Below, in pieces: positions 17,141 through 27,528 of a stretch of 64,000 nt of DNA. A model generated the notes under the pieces. The model was not told where the DNA came from, searched no databases, and worked only from the letters and a program-made list of their open reading frames with translations. The stretch comes from an uncultured Bdellovibrionales bacterium (GTDB taxonomy: Bacteria > Patescibacteriota > Minisyncoccia > Moranbacterales > UBA1568): contig CAZOKB010000001.1 of assembly GCA_964580285.1 (NCBI GenBank), positions 9,366 through 73,365 of the forward strand, written 5' to 3'. Both the position numbers and the translations under genes were made by a program. The first letter of the stretch is position 1; every line of letters starts with the position of its first letter.

Positions 17141-19948
17141 ATGCCAGAAAAAAAACCGGTGATCGAAGTGCGGGGGGCGCGGGTGAATAACCTGAAGAAT
17201 GTAAGCGTCGATATTCCACGCAATGCGCTCGTGGTGGTGACGGGTCTTTCCGGATCCGGAAAATCCTCCTTGGCTTTTGATGTTATTTTTGCGGAAGCGA
17301 ATCGGCGCTATGTCGAATCGCTTTCTTCGTATGCCAGAAATTTTCTCGAAGGGTTCGAGAAGCCGGATGTTGATGCTATCAACAATCTTTCACCAGCAAT
17401 TTCTATTGATCAGAAAAGCGTGTCACGCAGTCCGCGTTCGACAGTGGGGACCATGACCGAAGTGTATGATTTTCTTCGGGTACTTTTTGCAAAAGCTGGA
17501 ACACCCCATTGCCCTGTCTGTGGAAAAATGCTTGCGCGCATGACGGTACGCCAGGTGATGGACGAGCTCTTGCTGCTCCCGGATCGTATGGGCATAGCTA
17601 TTTTGGCTCACAGTAATCAGACTGATGGGAAATCAGAACGGGCAGCGTTAGAGATGATTGATCACTGGGGATATGTGCGAGTGCGCCGAGAAGGGGAGAT
17701 TATGCCCATTGCGGATGCCTTGGCTTCCGCCTCTGCTTCTGAAGAGAAATCTCTTGATGTGGTGATCGACCGGATCGTGATCGATCAGGCTCGGCCGGAT
17801 AAGGAGCGTTTATTGGATTCTTTAGCGACAGGATTCCAGCTGGGTCAGGGAACACTCACGGTGACACTGAATGGGAGCGGTGAGGAGCGGGTGTATAACG
17901 ATGAATATCGTTGTGATGCTTGCCATATCCGCTTACCCGAGCCGACACCAAGTTCCTTCTCGTTCAATAATCCGGATGGGGCCTGTCCGAAGTGCACCGG
18001 TCTTGGGAAAACGCTGGAATTCGATCCCGAATTGATCGTGCCAAACCATAATCTTTCCTTGATGGAAGGCGCTATACGCCCGTGGAGTAAGATGAATGGG
18101 GAGCGGCAGCGCGAAAGCGGTCCGATGCAGGAGTTGGCTCAACTAGCAAAGCGTCTGCGCTTCTCTCTTTCGGTGCCGGTAAAGAAGCTTTCAGTGAAAC
18201 AGCTCAAGGCAGTGTTGTTTGGCGAGGAAGGATGGACAGAAGATGCGCGGAAGTTCCGTGGCGTGATCGCTTTTCTCGGAGAGAAGTATCGGGATACGAA
18301 ATCAGATCATTTGCGGCAAGAAATCGAGACATTCATGCAGTCGCATGTGTGTCCGGAATGTCATGGGCAACGCCTGAAAGCAGCAGCTCTTTCGGTACGG
18401 GTATTAGGATACTCAATTTTCGATTTGGCAGACATGAATGTAGAAGGTCTGATACGGAGAGCGAAAGAACTCAAAGCAAGTATTGTGAAAGCCGGTCACG
18501 AAAAGGCGGTGATTGATACTCTATTTCGTGAAATGGAGACGCGGCTTGTGGCAGTGGAGAAAGTCGGTCTTGGATACCTTTCGTTGTCGCGTGGCGCCGA
18601 TACGCTCTCTGGGGGTGAAGCGCAGCGGATCCGGCTTTCAGTGCAGATGAAATCGGGACTTTCGGGGATTATCTATGTTTTGGATGAACCCTCGGTTGGA
18701 CTGCATAGCCGGGATACGGATCGACTTATTGGAGCCTTGCTTGATCTGAAATCAGCGAACAATTCGCTCGTGGTCGTCGAACATGATGTGGCGATTATGC
18801 GTCAGGCGGATTATGTGGTGGATCTCGGTCCGGGTGCTGGTACAGAAGGTGGTGAAGTGATTTTTGCTGGAACGCCAGAAAAACTCTTGAAATCGAAGGT
18901 GCTCACGGGGGAATACCTTTCAGGAAGACGGAGGGTGTCTGAGAAGAAAAAAGCGCGCAAGTGGAATGGGGAAAGCATCACTGTTCTGGGAGCTAAAGAA
19001 CATAATCTCAAAAATATTGATGTGGATATTCCGTTAGGCATGCTCGTATCGATTGCGGGTGTTTCGGGATCAGGCAAGTCATCTTTGGTACACGATATCC
19101 TTTCGCGAGCTTTGGCGCAGCATTTTTATCATGCGAAGACTGAGCCGGGGGCCCACAAGAAAATCACTGGTCTTCAGCATATTGATAAGGTAATCACCGT
19201 GAATCAGGATCCGATCGGCCGGACGCCGCGTTCGAATGCAGCAACCTATACGGGGGTGTTCAGTCTCATTCGAGATGTGTTTGCGGCCACTCCGGAAGCC
19301 ATCAAAGAGCATTTTTCGGCGACGCATTTCAGCTTCAACATGAAGGGCGGTCGCTGTGAGGCCTGTCAGGGTGGCGGATTGCGCAAGATAGAAATGTATC
19401 TTTTACCGGATGTGTATGTGCCTTGCGAAGTATGCAACGGAACGCGCTATAATACCAAAACGCTGTCTATTGAATACCGAGGGACTAATATTTCCAGTGT
19501 TTTGCGCATGACGGTGTCTGAAGCGCGTCGTTTTTTCCTGGACCAACCGCATATAGAAGAAAAACTGCGTGTACTTGAGGAAGTAGGGTTGGGGTATCTT
19601 GTATTAGGCCAGAGTGCCACGAACCTTTCCGGAGGCGAAGCACAGCGTATTAAGCTGGCGACAGAATTGGCACGTAAATCGACAGGGAAAACATTGTATA
19701 TTTTGGATGAACCAACGATCGGGCTGCATTTCGAGGATGTGCGCCGGCTTTTGGAAGTACTGGAAGCTTTGGTGGACCGGGGGAACAGCGTTTTGGTAGT
19801 GGAGCACAATATCGATGTTATTCGGGCATCAGACTGGGTAATTGAACTCGGACCGGATAGCGGCGAGAAGGGGGGCGAACTGATTTTTTCTGGTGAGCCG
19901 ACTAAGCTCAAGGCTTGCAAGAAGAGCGCCACGGCGAAATACCTCTAG
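17141..19948 (+). CDS. uvrA: Excinuclease ABC subunit A paralog (full length, 935 aa, four N-terminal CxxC pairs)
   Basis: The motifs [22 protein letters not shown] x2 and [10 protein letters not shown] are present. The CxxC pairs are CPVC, CDAC, CPKC and CPEC, with CEAC/CEVC later. Confidence 0.9.
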   Translation: MPEKKPVIEVRGARVNNLKNVSVDIPRNALVVVTGLSGSGKSSLAFDVIFAEANRRYVESLSSYARNFLEGFEKPDVDAINNLSPAISIDQKSVSRSPRSTVGTMTEVYDFLRVLFAKAGTPHCPVCGKMLARMTVRQVMDELLLLPDRMGIAILAHSNQTDGKSERAALEMIDHWGYVRVRREGEIMPIADALASASASEEKSLDVVIDRIVIDQARPDKERLLDSLATGFQLGQGTLTVTLNGSGEERVYNDEYRCDACHIRLPEPTPSSFSFNNPDGACPKCTGLGKTLEFDPELIVPNHNLSLMEGAIRPWSKMNGERQRESGPMQELAQLAKRLRFSLSVPVKKLSVKQLKAVLFGEEGWTEDARKFRGVIAFLGEKYRDTKSDHLRQEIETFMQSHVCPECHGQRLKAAALSVRVLGYSIFDLADMNVEGLIRRAKELKASIVKAGHEKAVIDTLFREMETRLVAVEKVGLGYLSLSRGADTLSGGEAQRIRLSVQMKSGLSGIIYVLDEPSVGLHSRDTDRLIGALLDLKSANNSLVVVEHDVAIMRQADYVVDLGPGAGTEGGEVIFAGTPEKLLKSKVLTGEYLSGRRRVSEKKKARKWNGESITVLGAKEHNLKNIDVDIPLGMLVSIAGVSGSGKSSLVHDILSRALAQHFYHAKTEPGAHKKITGLQHIDKVITVNQDPIGRTPRSNAATYTGVFSLIRDVFAATPEAIKEHFSATHFSFNMKGGRCEACQGGGLRKIEMYLLPDVYVPCEVCNGTRYNTKTLSIEYRGTNISSVLRMTVSEARRFFLDQPHIEEKLRVLEEVGLGYLVLGQSATNLSGGEAQRIKLATELARKSTGKTLYILDEPTIGLHFEDVRRLLEVLEALVDRGNSVLVVEHNIDVIRASDWVIELGPDSGEKGGELIFSGEPTKLKACKKSATAKYL

Positions 19949-20037
19949 CCGAGCGTTGTTCGGAAGGGTACAAAACAAAAACATACAAACCAAATAAAAA
20001 TGAAAGGCTTCCTATTTCTGTATTTTTGTCTTGATAT

Positions 20038-20976
20038 TTGATTTGGATTTTGAACTTTGTTGGTATGTACCGTCTTTCTAAAGATATTCTCGACACCGTG
20101 ACGTACTATGATGTCTTTGATTATCCGCTTTCGGTGTTTGAGATATGGAAGCATCTCCTGACTCTTCAGGAAGAAGAGGTGCGCCCATCCACCTATAGAG
20201 AGGTTTTTGTGGCAGTGCGTGCAGAGGTCTCTCGAGGAACACTGGCTTGGGAGCGAGGATTTTTCTTTCTTTCTGGTCGGCAGGGTTTGGTAACAGAACG
20301 TATACGCAGAGAGAAACTATCCGCAGCGAAGCTTAGGCGCATGCAACGTTTAGCATTGTTGCTCCGCTGCGTTCCGTATGTGCGTTTTGCGGGAGCTACC
20401 GGAAGCTTGTCGCTGAAGTACGGAGACCTTGAAAGTGATTGGGATCTTTTTGTAGTGCTTCGGGCAGGAAAAATCTGGACGGGGCGTGTGATACTGACCG
20501 GTATACTCTTCATGCTTGGCAAGTGGCGGCATGGAAAAAAAATCCGGAACCGGGCCTGTCTCAATTATTTTGTGACGGATGAAAGCCTAGAGATCGGTAC
20601 CCAGGATCTTTTTTCTGCCCACGAATACCGTTTTATGATCCCTTTGTTTGCGTACACGCTGTTTCAGAAGTTCGAGTTGAAAAATCGTTGGATGGCTCGC
20701 TTCAAACCTAATTTTTCGCTGTCAGAGATTCGACCGTTTTGGTGTCAGGAAAGGACCCTGACAGCGCTCCGGGTGCAGCGGTGGCTTGAGCGTATTATCG
20801 ATCTCTTTCCGGTAGAGGCCTTTTTGGGCAGGCGACAGAAGGCAAGGATCGCCCATAATCCGAAGACGCATTGGGAGGGAAGTTATATTGAAGCGAATGA
20901 TCGGATGTTGATCTTCTTACCACGTCCGCGTGGCCCTCGAGTCTATGAGGCGTTCAAACAGAGACTCCGGGTATAG
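20038..20976 (+). CDS. Pol-beta-superfamily nucleotidyltransferase-fold protein (orphan)
   Basis: The minimal NTase motif GATGSLSLKYGDLESDWDLFVV (G[SG]...SDxDhhh) is present. The alternative start MYRL is at 20065. Confidence 0.5.
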   Translation: MIWILNFVGMYRLSKDILDTVTYYDVFDYPLSVFEIWKHLLTLQEEEVRPSTYREVFVAVRAEVSRGTLAWERGFFFLSGRQGLVTERIRREKLSAAKLRRMQRLALLLRCVPYVRFAGATGSLSLKYGDLESDWDLFVVLRAGKIWTGRVILTGILFMLGKWRHGKKIRNRACLNYFVTDESLEIGTQDLFSAHEYRFMIPLFAYTLFQKFELKNRWMARFKPNFSLSEIRPFWCQERTLTALRVQRWLERIIDLFPVEAFLGRRQKARIAHNPKTHWEGSYIEANDRMLIFLPRPRGPRVYEAFKQRLRV

Positions 20977-20986
20977 TGCTTTTTTG

Positions 20987-20995
20987 TGGTATACT
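20987..20995 (+). promoter_or_regulatory. Extended -10 element TGgTATACT upstream of pilC
   Basis: The sequence tttTGTGGTATACTgaa lies about 110 nt upstream of the pilC ATG. Confidence 0.35.
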
Positions 20996-21103
20996 GAAAA
21001 AACTAAGCGTTATTTGGTGGTATCAGTCTTACGTTCGGGAACGAAAGTGAAACTTTGGTTTCGTCGATTGTGTTTGGTCATAAAAAAACAAAAAAAACTT
21101 GGT

Positions 21104-22324
21104 ATGCCCAGGTATTATTACACAGCAAAAAATATCGCGACGGGTGAAACCGCTGGAGCCGAAAACGAAGCGAAAGATGAGCGGGAATTGGTGGCCGAAT
21201 TGCGTGCCGGCGGTCTTATGGTGACTTCGGTGCGAGAAATCAAGGAGAAAGCAAAAGTACAGGTACAGTTTCTAGATCGTTTTGTCTCCGTGCCTCTCAA
21301 AGAGAAGATGGTGTTCACGCGTAATTTGGCGGTCATGGTATCGTCTGGACTGACAGTGTCCAAAGCCATTATGAACCTGTCTGTTCAGACGCAAAATAAG
21401 GCCTTCCAAAAGATTCTCCGTGAAGTGTACGACGAAGTGCAGAGCGGCAAGACCCTTTCTGAAGGACTGGCCAAATATCCGAAAGTCTTCAATGAACTGT
21501 TTACAAGCATGGTCTATGTCGGAGAAATTTCCGGTAATCTTGAAGAGGTGTTGGATATTCTAGCTCTCCAGCTGGAGAAGGAGAATGATCTCTTATCGAA
21601 GGTGAAGGGAGCAATGATTTATCCGGCAGTTATCGTGGTAGCGATGTTGGGTATTGGTATCCTCATGCTGACGTTTATTTTGCCACGCATCACTGGAGTT
21701 TTTAAGGATATGAATGTCACTCTGCCGGCATCTACGCAGTTCATTATGGCTGTCAGTGATTTTCTCCGTAATCATGCTATTGCAAGCGTAATTCTTTTTT
21801 TCGGGGGTATTTTCGCGGTGAGGCTTTTTGCGACGACGGAAGTAGGTAAGAAATTTTTTGACTGGCTTTTTCTGCGTCTGCCTATTGTGGGGAATATCAT
21901 TATCAAAGTGAACTGCGCCCGGTTTGCTCGCATCTATAGTTCGCTGCTGAAGAGCGGTGTGTCGGTTATGGATTCCTTGACGATTGTCAAAAAGACTCTG
22001 GCTAATTCGTATTATAAAGGAGCTCTCGATGAATCGATTAGCGAAATACAAAAAGGTGTTGATTTGAGTGTGGTTATTCTTCGGTATCCGAAGCTGTTTC
22101 CGATTTTGGTGCCGCAAATTATTCAGGTAGGAGAAGAGACTGGAAAAACGGAGTCAGTGCTGCGTAGACTGGCTGAGTTTTATGAAGAAGAAGTTTCACA
22201 GATTACGAAGAATATGTCTTCAATTATCGAACCAGTATTGATGATTCTGATTGGAGGGAGTGTGGGGTTTTTTGCAGTAGCGATGCTGACACCGATGTAC
22301 AGCGTGTTGGAAAATATCAAGTAG
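21104..22324 (+). CDS. pilC: Type IV pilus assembly platform protein PilC (GspF family)
   Basis: Two GspF repeats are present, with the typical three-TM topology and a length near 406 aa. The start is set at MPRYYYTAKN. The supplied ORF start at 20930 adds an unlikely leader overlapping the previous gene. Confidence 0.85.
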   Translation: MPRYYYTAKNIATGETAGAENEAKDERELVAELRAGGLMVTSVREIKEKAKVQVQFLDRFVSVPLKEKMVFTRNLAVMVSSGLTVSKAIMNLSVQTQNKAFQKILREVYDEVQSGKTLSEGLAKYPKVFNELFTSMVYVGEISGNLEEVLDILALQLEKENDLLSKVKGAMIYPAVIVVAMLGIGILMLTFILPRITGVFKDMNVTLPASTQFIMAVSDFLRNHAIASVILFFGGIFAVRLFATTEVGKKFFDWLFLRLPIVGNIIIKVNCARFARIYSSLLKSGVSVMDSLTIVKKTLANSYYKGALDESISEIQKGVDLSVVILRYPKLFPILVPQIIQVGEETGKTESVLRRLAEFYEEEVSQITKNMSSIIEPVLMILIGGSVGFFAVAMLTPMYSVLENIK

Positions 22325-22327
22325 ATT

Positions 22328-23710
22328 ATGCAGGCAGAACAGGCACGATTCGATACAAGAACACTATTTGGATTTACCATGATCGAGGCGGCAATTTTCC
22401 TTTTTATTTTTTCCCTTATTACAGCAACTTTTTATGAAGCCTGGAGCGTGGGGACTAAAAATATCATGAATTCCAAGTATCGTCTTGGGGCCACGGCGAT
22501 CGCAAACCAGCAGATGGAAATTATCCGTAGCCTCATTTTTGATAATATCGGTACAACCTCAGGTATTCCTCATGGGACACTGAGTCAAGATCAATCCATT
22601 ACCGCAAACACCACTACATACAATGTGCATACCGTGGTGCAATTTGTAGATGATCCGACAGATGGAACTGCAGCTTTAGGTACGGATTTTGCCCCGAATG
22701 ACTACAAGAAGGTGACGCTGACGGTGTCGTGGGGTAGTGGGGCTTCTTATGAACAGGTGGAAATGTCCTCTCTTTTTTCGCTGGATGGGGTTGAATCAGT
22801 AGCGGCGGGCACGGGCATCCTCTCTATCAATGTTTTGAATAGTGCGGGTATAGGTGTATCAGGGGCTACGGTGCGGATTACGAATACGAGCGTTGCGCCA
22901 TCCGTGGATATTACGGTTACGACGGATGCTAATGGTAATACGACCTTTCCGGGGGCTCCAGAATCAGTACAGGGGTATCATATTCTGGTGAGTAAAAACG
23001 GATACTATTCTAATATGACCTACGCTCCATACCCAACCTCAACCTTTAATCCGGTGAATACCCATGTTTCGATTGTGGCGGGGAGTTTGACGGCGGCGAC
23101 CGTGGTGATGGATGAGCGTTCGGTTATTGATTTTGAGACGAAAGATCCCTTTGATGCAGATATTCCGAATATTGACTTCTCCATTGGTGGTGGTCTGGTG
23201 ATCGGTACGGATCCTGCTACCGGAGCTTCGATCTATGATTTTTCACAGGCGAGTGCAACGAACGCAAGTGGAGAGGTATCATTCTCTGATCGGAGTACAG
23301 GGGTATATACAGTGACGCTTGATGCGAGTGAAAGTGGGTATGAGTATTTACGCTTGAGTCCGGAAGAAACAACGTTCGGAACCATCAACCTTCCTCCGGC
23401 TACCTCAAAAACAGTCAAGATGGTGCTGGCGAGTAAAACGTATAGCTCAGCTTTGATTACCGCTAAGAATGCTGCTGACAATACGCCTTTGGCAGGAGCT
23501 TCTGTGCGGTTGTTTAACACGACTCTCGGCTATGATACCACCATTACCGCAGATACCTATGGGCAGGCATTTTTCCCGACAACCAACACTCCATTGGTGG
23601 CCGGAACCTATGATATCGAAGTGAGTGCGAGCGGTTTTACCACAGGTGCGGGCACGATAGTGGTTTCTGGGGCAGCATTAGAGAAAAAAACCATTACTCT
23701 TTCTCCATAG
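22328..23710 (+). CDS. Large prepilin-type (class III signal) pilin-like protein
   Basis: The leader MQAEQARFDTRTLFG is followed by the cleavage site G|FTMIEAAIF. The rest is about 440 aa of Thr-, Ser- and Gly-rich Ig-like sequence. Confidence 0.65.
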   Translation: MQAEQARFDTRTLFGFTMIEAAIFLFIFSLITATFYEAWSVGTKNIMNSKYRLGATAIANQQMEIIRSLIFDNIGTTSGIPHGTLSQDQSITANTTTYNVHTVVQFVDDPTDGTAALGTDFAPNDYKKVTLTVSWGSGASYEQVEMSSLFSLDGVESVAAGTGILSINVLNSAGIGVSGATVRITNTSVAPSVDITVTTDANGNTTFPGAPESVQGYHILVSKNGYYSNMTYAPYPTSTFNPVNTHVSIVAGSLTAATVVMDERSVIDFETKDPFDADIPNIDFSIGGGLVIGTDPATGASIYDFSQASATNASGEVSFSDRSTGVYTVTLDASESGYEYLRLSPEETTFGTINLPPATSKTVKMVLASKTYSSALITAKNAADNTPLAGASVRLFNTTLGYDTTITADTYGQAFFPTTNTPLVAGTYDIEVSASGFTTGAGTIVVSGAALEKKTITLSP

Positions 23711-23719
23711 CAAAGGCGT

Positions 23720-24358
23720 ATGACTCAATCATCGAGGAGACGAAAAGGGCTCAGAGGAATGTCATTGGTCGAAATGATTATGGCTATCTTTATCTTGCTC
23801 ATCGGCATGGAAGGAGTCACGATGTTATTTATTAATAGTTGGAAGAATAATAAATTTATCTTTGAAACAGGTAATGCTTCCTATGCTGCTTCACGAGCAG
23901 TGAATCGTATGGTGAGTGAAATCCGTAAGGTTCGCCAAGCAGATAATGGTGACTACCCGGTTGAATCAGGTGATCAGTTCGACCTCAAAGTCTATATGGA
24001 TGTCGATAATGACGGAGTGACTGAGCGAGTGCATTACTATCTAAGTAGTGGTGCTCTCTACCGGGGGATTACTAATCCATCTGCTACGACACCTATTACC
24101 TACCCGGCGGGTGACGATAGTACTGAGGTATTCGCAAACTATATTTCAAATTCTAACAGTGAGCCGGTTTTTTATTATTACAATCGAGATTATCCGAGTG
24201 ACATTGTGAATAATCCTCTGGCGACGCCGGTCGCGGTGGAGAATGTTCGTTTGATTAAAGTCCATCTTTTGGTGAACATCGATCCGGTCAATGCGCCCAA
24301 TAATATCAATGTGGAGTCTTTTGTTGAGCTCCGTAATCTTAATAATTATTCCTACTAA
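23720..24358 (+). CDS. Prepilin-type pseudopilin/minor pilin
   Basis: The leader MTQSSRRRKGLRG is followed by the cleavage site G|MSLVEMIMAIFIL. Confidence 0.65.
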   Translation: MTQSSRRRKGLRGMSLVEMIMAIFILLIGMEGVTMLFINSWKNNKFIFETGNASYAASRAVNRMVSEIRKVRQADNGDYPVESGDQFDLKVYMDVDNDGVTERVHYYLSSGALYRGITNPSATTPITYPAGDDSTEVFANYISNSNSEPVFYYYNRDYPSDIVNNPLATPVAVENVRLIKVHLLVNIDPVNAPNNINVESFVELRNLNNYSY

Positions 24359-24368
24359 AGCCAGATCT

Positions 24369-25826
24369 ATGCAGTCTACCCGGAAAGGATCAGCGATCGC
24401 GTACGCTCTCATGATTATGGCGGCTTCTTCTGTATTGCTGGCTTCGATCATCGGTTTTATCGCCTCGCAGCTCAAGTACAGTTTAAAGCAGCATGATCGC
24501 GAACAGGCGTTGCAGATCGCTGAAGCCGGGGTGCATTTCTACAAATGGTATATTGCGCACCAGCTGGATGGGCGTACGGCCAGTCAGGTACAGGCTTTTT
24601 GGTCGGCAGGTACCGCTCTGGGGCAAGCCTCTCCGTACACACAAAGCTATGATAACGGTCAGTACAGTATTACGGTGACGCCGCCAGCTACCGGATCGAC
24701 GATTATTTATATCACGTCGGTTGGACACACGAATGATAATCCTACACTGAGTCGCACCTTGAGAGTGCGTTTGCGGAAGCCTTCCTGGAGCGAGAACGCG
24801 GTCGTAGCTAACGATTTTATGCGTTTTGGAGTAGGTACGGAAGTGTATGGGAAAATCCATTCCAATTCAGGTATTCATTTTGATGGCTTGGCGCATAATC
24901 TGGTATCCAGCTCGCTTGACCAGTATGATGATCCAGATCATAACGGTGCTAATGAATTTGGGGTGCATACGCACGTGAATGTACCGCCGGCCACGGGTAT
25001 TAATAGTAACTTCCGTCCTGCCGAAGCACCACCCGCTTCGGTCCCGAATCGAACCGATGTTTTTGAGGCTGGTCGGCAGTTCCCAGTGGCTACCGTCGAT
25101 TTCAATGGTATTCTCGGAGATCTTTCATTGATGAAGTCTGAGTCGCAGGCTGGGCATGGAAGGTATTTCAATAACGATGGACAGGGCAGGCATATCATCC
25201 TGAAATCCAATGGAACATATGATATTTGCACGGTTAATTCATTTGTGGCATCCACCAATGAAATTAACCAGTATAAGAAAGTGAGTGGTAGTGGGACCTG
25301 TGCAACCTGTTCTGGTCAGTGCGTTGCTAACTATCAGATTGTTGATAACGGTGTTATTTTTGTAGAAAATAATGTTTGGCTCGAGGGAACAGTGAATTCA
25401 AAGAAACTTTCGGTAGTGGCTGCTAATCTGATTTCGGCTGCGAAAAAAACGATGTATATCAGTCATGATATTCTCTACACGCATTCGGATTGTTCTGAAA
25501 TCGTTGGGGCGATTGGTCAACAGGATGTGGAGATTACTCGGGATAGCAATAACTTTCTTACCCTAGATGCCGCGCTGATGGCTCAGAGTGGCCGGGTTGG
25601 TCGGTCGAATTATACCGGACCGAATGCGATTCGCGATACCATCACTGTGAACGGTGCGATTGTGAGTAATCAGCGCTATGGTTTTGCGTGGGCGGATGCT
25701 TTAGGAAATCACGTTTCTGGATACCGGAACCGGAATCTCTATTACGATAATAATCTCCTGTATTGTCCGCCGCCGTATTTTCCGACGGGCACCAGTTATC
25801 TCATAGATCTTTGGGAAGAGCTCTAG
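24369..25826 (+). CDS. PilX-like pilus-associated protein
   Basis: The N-terminus KGSAIAYALMIMAASSVLL resembles the PilX N-terminal domain. The start is set at MQSTRK. The supplied ORF start is 24291. Confidence 0.5.
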   Translation: MQSTRKGSAIAYALMIMAASSVLLASIIGFIASQLKYSLKQHDREQALQIAEAGVHFYKWYIAHQLDGRTASQVQAFWSAGTALGQASPYTQSYDNGQYSITVTPPATGSTIIYITSVGHTNDNPTLSRTLRVRLRKPSWSENAVVANDFMRFGVGTEVYGKIHSNSGIHFDGLAHNLVSSSLDQYDDPDHNGANEFGVHTHVNVPPATGINSNFRPAEAPPASVPNRTDVFEAGRQFPVATVDFNGILGDLSLMKSESQAGHGRYFNNDGQGRHIILKSNGTYDICTVNSFVASTNEINQYKKVSGSGTCATCSGQCVANYQIVDNGVIFVENNVWLEGTVNSKKLSVVAANLISAAKKTMYISHDILYTHSDCSEIVGAIGQQDVEITRDSNNFLTLDAALMAQSGRVGRSNYTGPNAIRDTITVNGAIVSNQRYGFAWADALGNHVSGYRNRNLYYDNNLLYCPPPYFPTGTSYLIDLWEEL

Positions 25827-25842
25827 TATCACTCTAAGATGT

Positions 25843-25851
25843 GGTATTATA
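25843..25851 (+). promoter_or_regulatory. Extended -10 element TGgTATTAT upstream of pilM
   Basis: The sequence gaTGTGGTATTATaaag lies about 35 nt upstream of the pilM ATG at 25887. Confidence 0.3.
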
Positions 25852-25886
25852 AAGAGAGAAAAACGCAAAGCCAAAAGAGAAATACA

Positions 25887-26981
25887 ATGTCATTCTTACA
25901 GAAGAAAATTTTCGATCTCTTTCCGAGTTCGTTCGGTCTTGATTTGTCGGATCTGTCAATCAAGGTGCTGCGCATGGAAAGCGAGGGGAAGGCACACCGG
26001 GTAAGTGGGTATACCTCAGCGGCACTCCCGGTCGGCAGCGTGATTGATGGGGAGATTCTTAAGCCGGAGATTGTCATCGACGTGATGCGTAGGCTCATGG
26101 AGAACCCGACCATGAAGAAGATGCATACACGCAAGGTGATGTGCTCGTTGCCCGAGACCAAAGCTTTTCTGCGGGTCATTTCTTTGCCTAAAATGGAAGA
26201 GAAAGAGGTTCGCGGGGCTATCCAGTGGGAGATTGAAGCAAATATTCCGCTTACCCTGGACCAGGTTTATTACGATTGGCAGATACTCGACGGGACGCTG
26301 TTAGTAGAAGAGGGGAAAATGAATGTCTTGGTGGTAGCAGTGGCGCGTTCGGTTGTGGATCAGTTTGTGGAAGTACTCGAGGCAGCGGGGTTGGAAGTCG
26401 TGGGGTTGGAAACAGAATCCATCGCCCAGGCCCGAAGCTTACTTTCTGAAACAGAGGAAAAATCAACTACCTTAATCGTAGATATCGGAGACCGACGCAC
26501 CAGCTTTTTGATTTCTGTGGGAAGTACGCCTTGTTTCACCTCGAGCGTTCCTTTGTCTTCTCAGATGATTACTGATGCGATTGCCAAGGATTTGCGTATT
26601 TCCTTTCAGGAAGCGGAAGATATTAAAATTAAGCAGGGACTGGGATCGCTCGCTTTGCGCGGACCAGTGCTGAAGGCAGCCTTACCAGTGTTGGAAAGTA
26701 TTGCGGGAGAAATTGAAAAATCAATCAGTTTCTACCTGGAAAACCTTCATTATTCCCAAACGATTGATACGGTTGTGCTCTGCGGGGGCGGTGCCAATAT
26801 GAAGGGGTTGTTGCCTTACCTTACGCGTCGACTGAACCGAGACGTTGTTTTTGGTAACCCCTGGGTCAATGTTCACTTAGGAAAACGTATCCCACCTATT
26901 GATCGTAATCATTCAGTGCAGTACTCAACCGCTATCGGTTTGGCTCTGCGCGGACTCGACGAATATGAGGATCTTGCTTAA
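25887..26981 (+). CDS. pilM: Type IV pilus assembly ATPase-fold protein PilM
   Basis: The protein has an actin-like/FtsA-like fold and sits directly before pilN. The start is at MSFLQKKIFD. Confidence 0.8.
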   Translation: MSFLQKKIFDLFPSSFGLDLSDLSIKVLRMESEGKAHRVSGYTSAALPVGSVIDGEILKPEIVIDVMRRLMENPTMKKMHTRKVMCSLPETKAFLRVISLPKMEEKEVRGAIQWEIEANIPLTLDQVYYDWQILDGTLLVEEGKMNVLVVAVARSVVDQFVEVLEAAGLEVVGLETESIAQARSLLSETEEKSTTLIVDIGDRRTSFLISVGSTPCFTSSVPLSSQMITDAIAKDLRISFQEAEDIKIKQGLGSLALRGPVLKAALPVLESIAGEIEKSISFYLENLHYSQTIDTVVLCGGGANMKGLLPYLTRRLNRDVVFGNPWVNVHLGKRIPPIDRNHSVQYSTAIGLALRGLDEYEDLA

Positions 26982-27528
26982 TATCTTGCCCGAAGAAAAG
27001 AAAATGGTAACGGAGCGACGGACTCGATTCCGATTTTTCGTGTGGCAAGTGTTCCTCTTGTTCTCTTTGGAGCTTTTTTACCTCGGTATCCTATCCGGTA
27101 TGTATTTAGTGCTTGATTTTGAGCGTGGGCATCAAGAAATGCTTGGACAGGATTTCGATCGGTATCGTGATGAAGAAAAAAAACTCAAGATGTTTGAGGA
27201 AAAATTTCAAACTACGAATGCAATGACGGATGCGGTATTTTCCATTGATCGCAATCGTTTTTATTTTACAAATGTTTTTCTCCTGTTAGATCAATATACC
27301 GACGAGAAGATTACTTTTGAACGGGTGAGTACTAAAGAATATCAGGTGTTTATTACTGGCGTAGCTGATACGCGGGATGACCTCTTGGCTTTTGATGAAA
27401 AACTGAAGGGAGAAAAATGTTTCTCCAAAGTGAATTTGCCGCTTTCAAATCTCCTTACCCAGGAAAATGTCAACTTTCAGATGGATGTCATGCTTGATGA
27501 AAAATGTATGCACACTACACCTCTATGA
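26965..27528 (+). CDS. pilN: Type IV pilus assembly protein PilN
   Basis: The N-terminus MRILLNILPEE is followed by one TM helix and a coiled coil. It overlaps the pilM stop by 17 nt. Confidence 0.6.
   Translation: MRILLNILPEEKKMVTERRTRFRFFVWQVFLLFSLELFYLGILSGMYLVLDFERGHQEMLGQDFDRYRDEEKKLKMFEEKFQTTNAMTDAVFSIDRNRFYFTNVFLLLDQYTDEKITFERVSTKEYQVFITGVADTRDDLLAFDEKLKGEKCFSKVNLPLSNLLTQENVNFQMDVMLDEKCMHTTPL

Noticed and set aside
20038-20976. Considered the nucleotidyltransferase to be the CD-NTase of a CBASS anti-phage operon.
   Set aside because: No effector, Cap2/Cap3 or HORMA/TRIP13 genes are adjacent. The neighbours are uvrA and pilC. The call stays generic.
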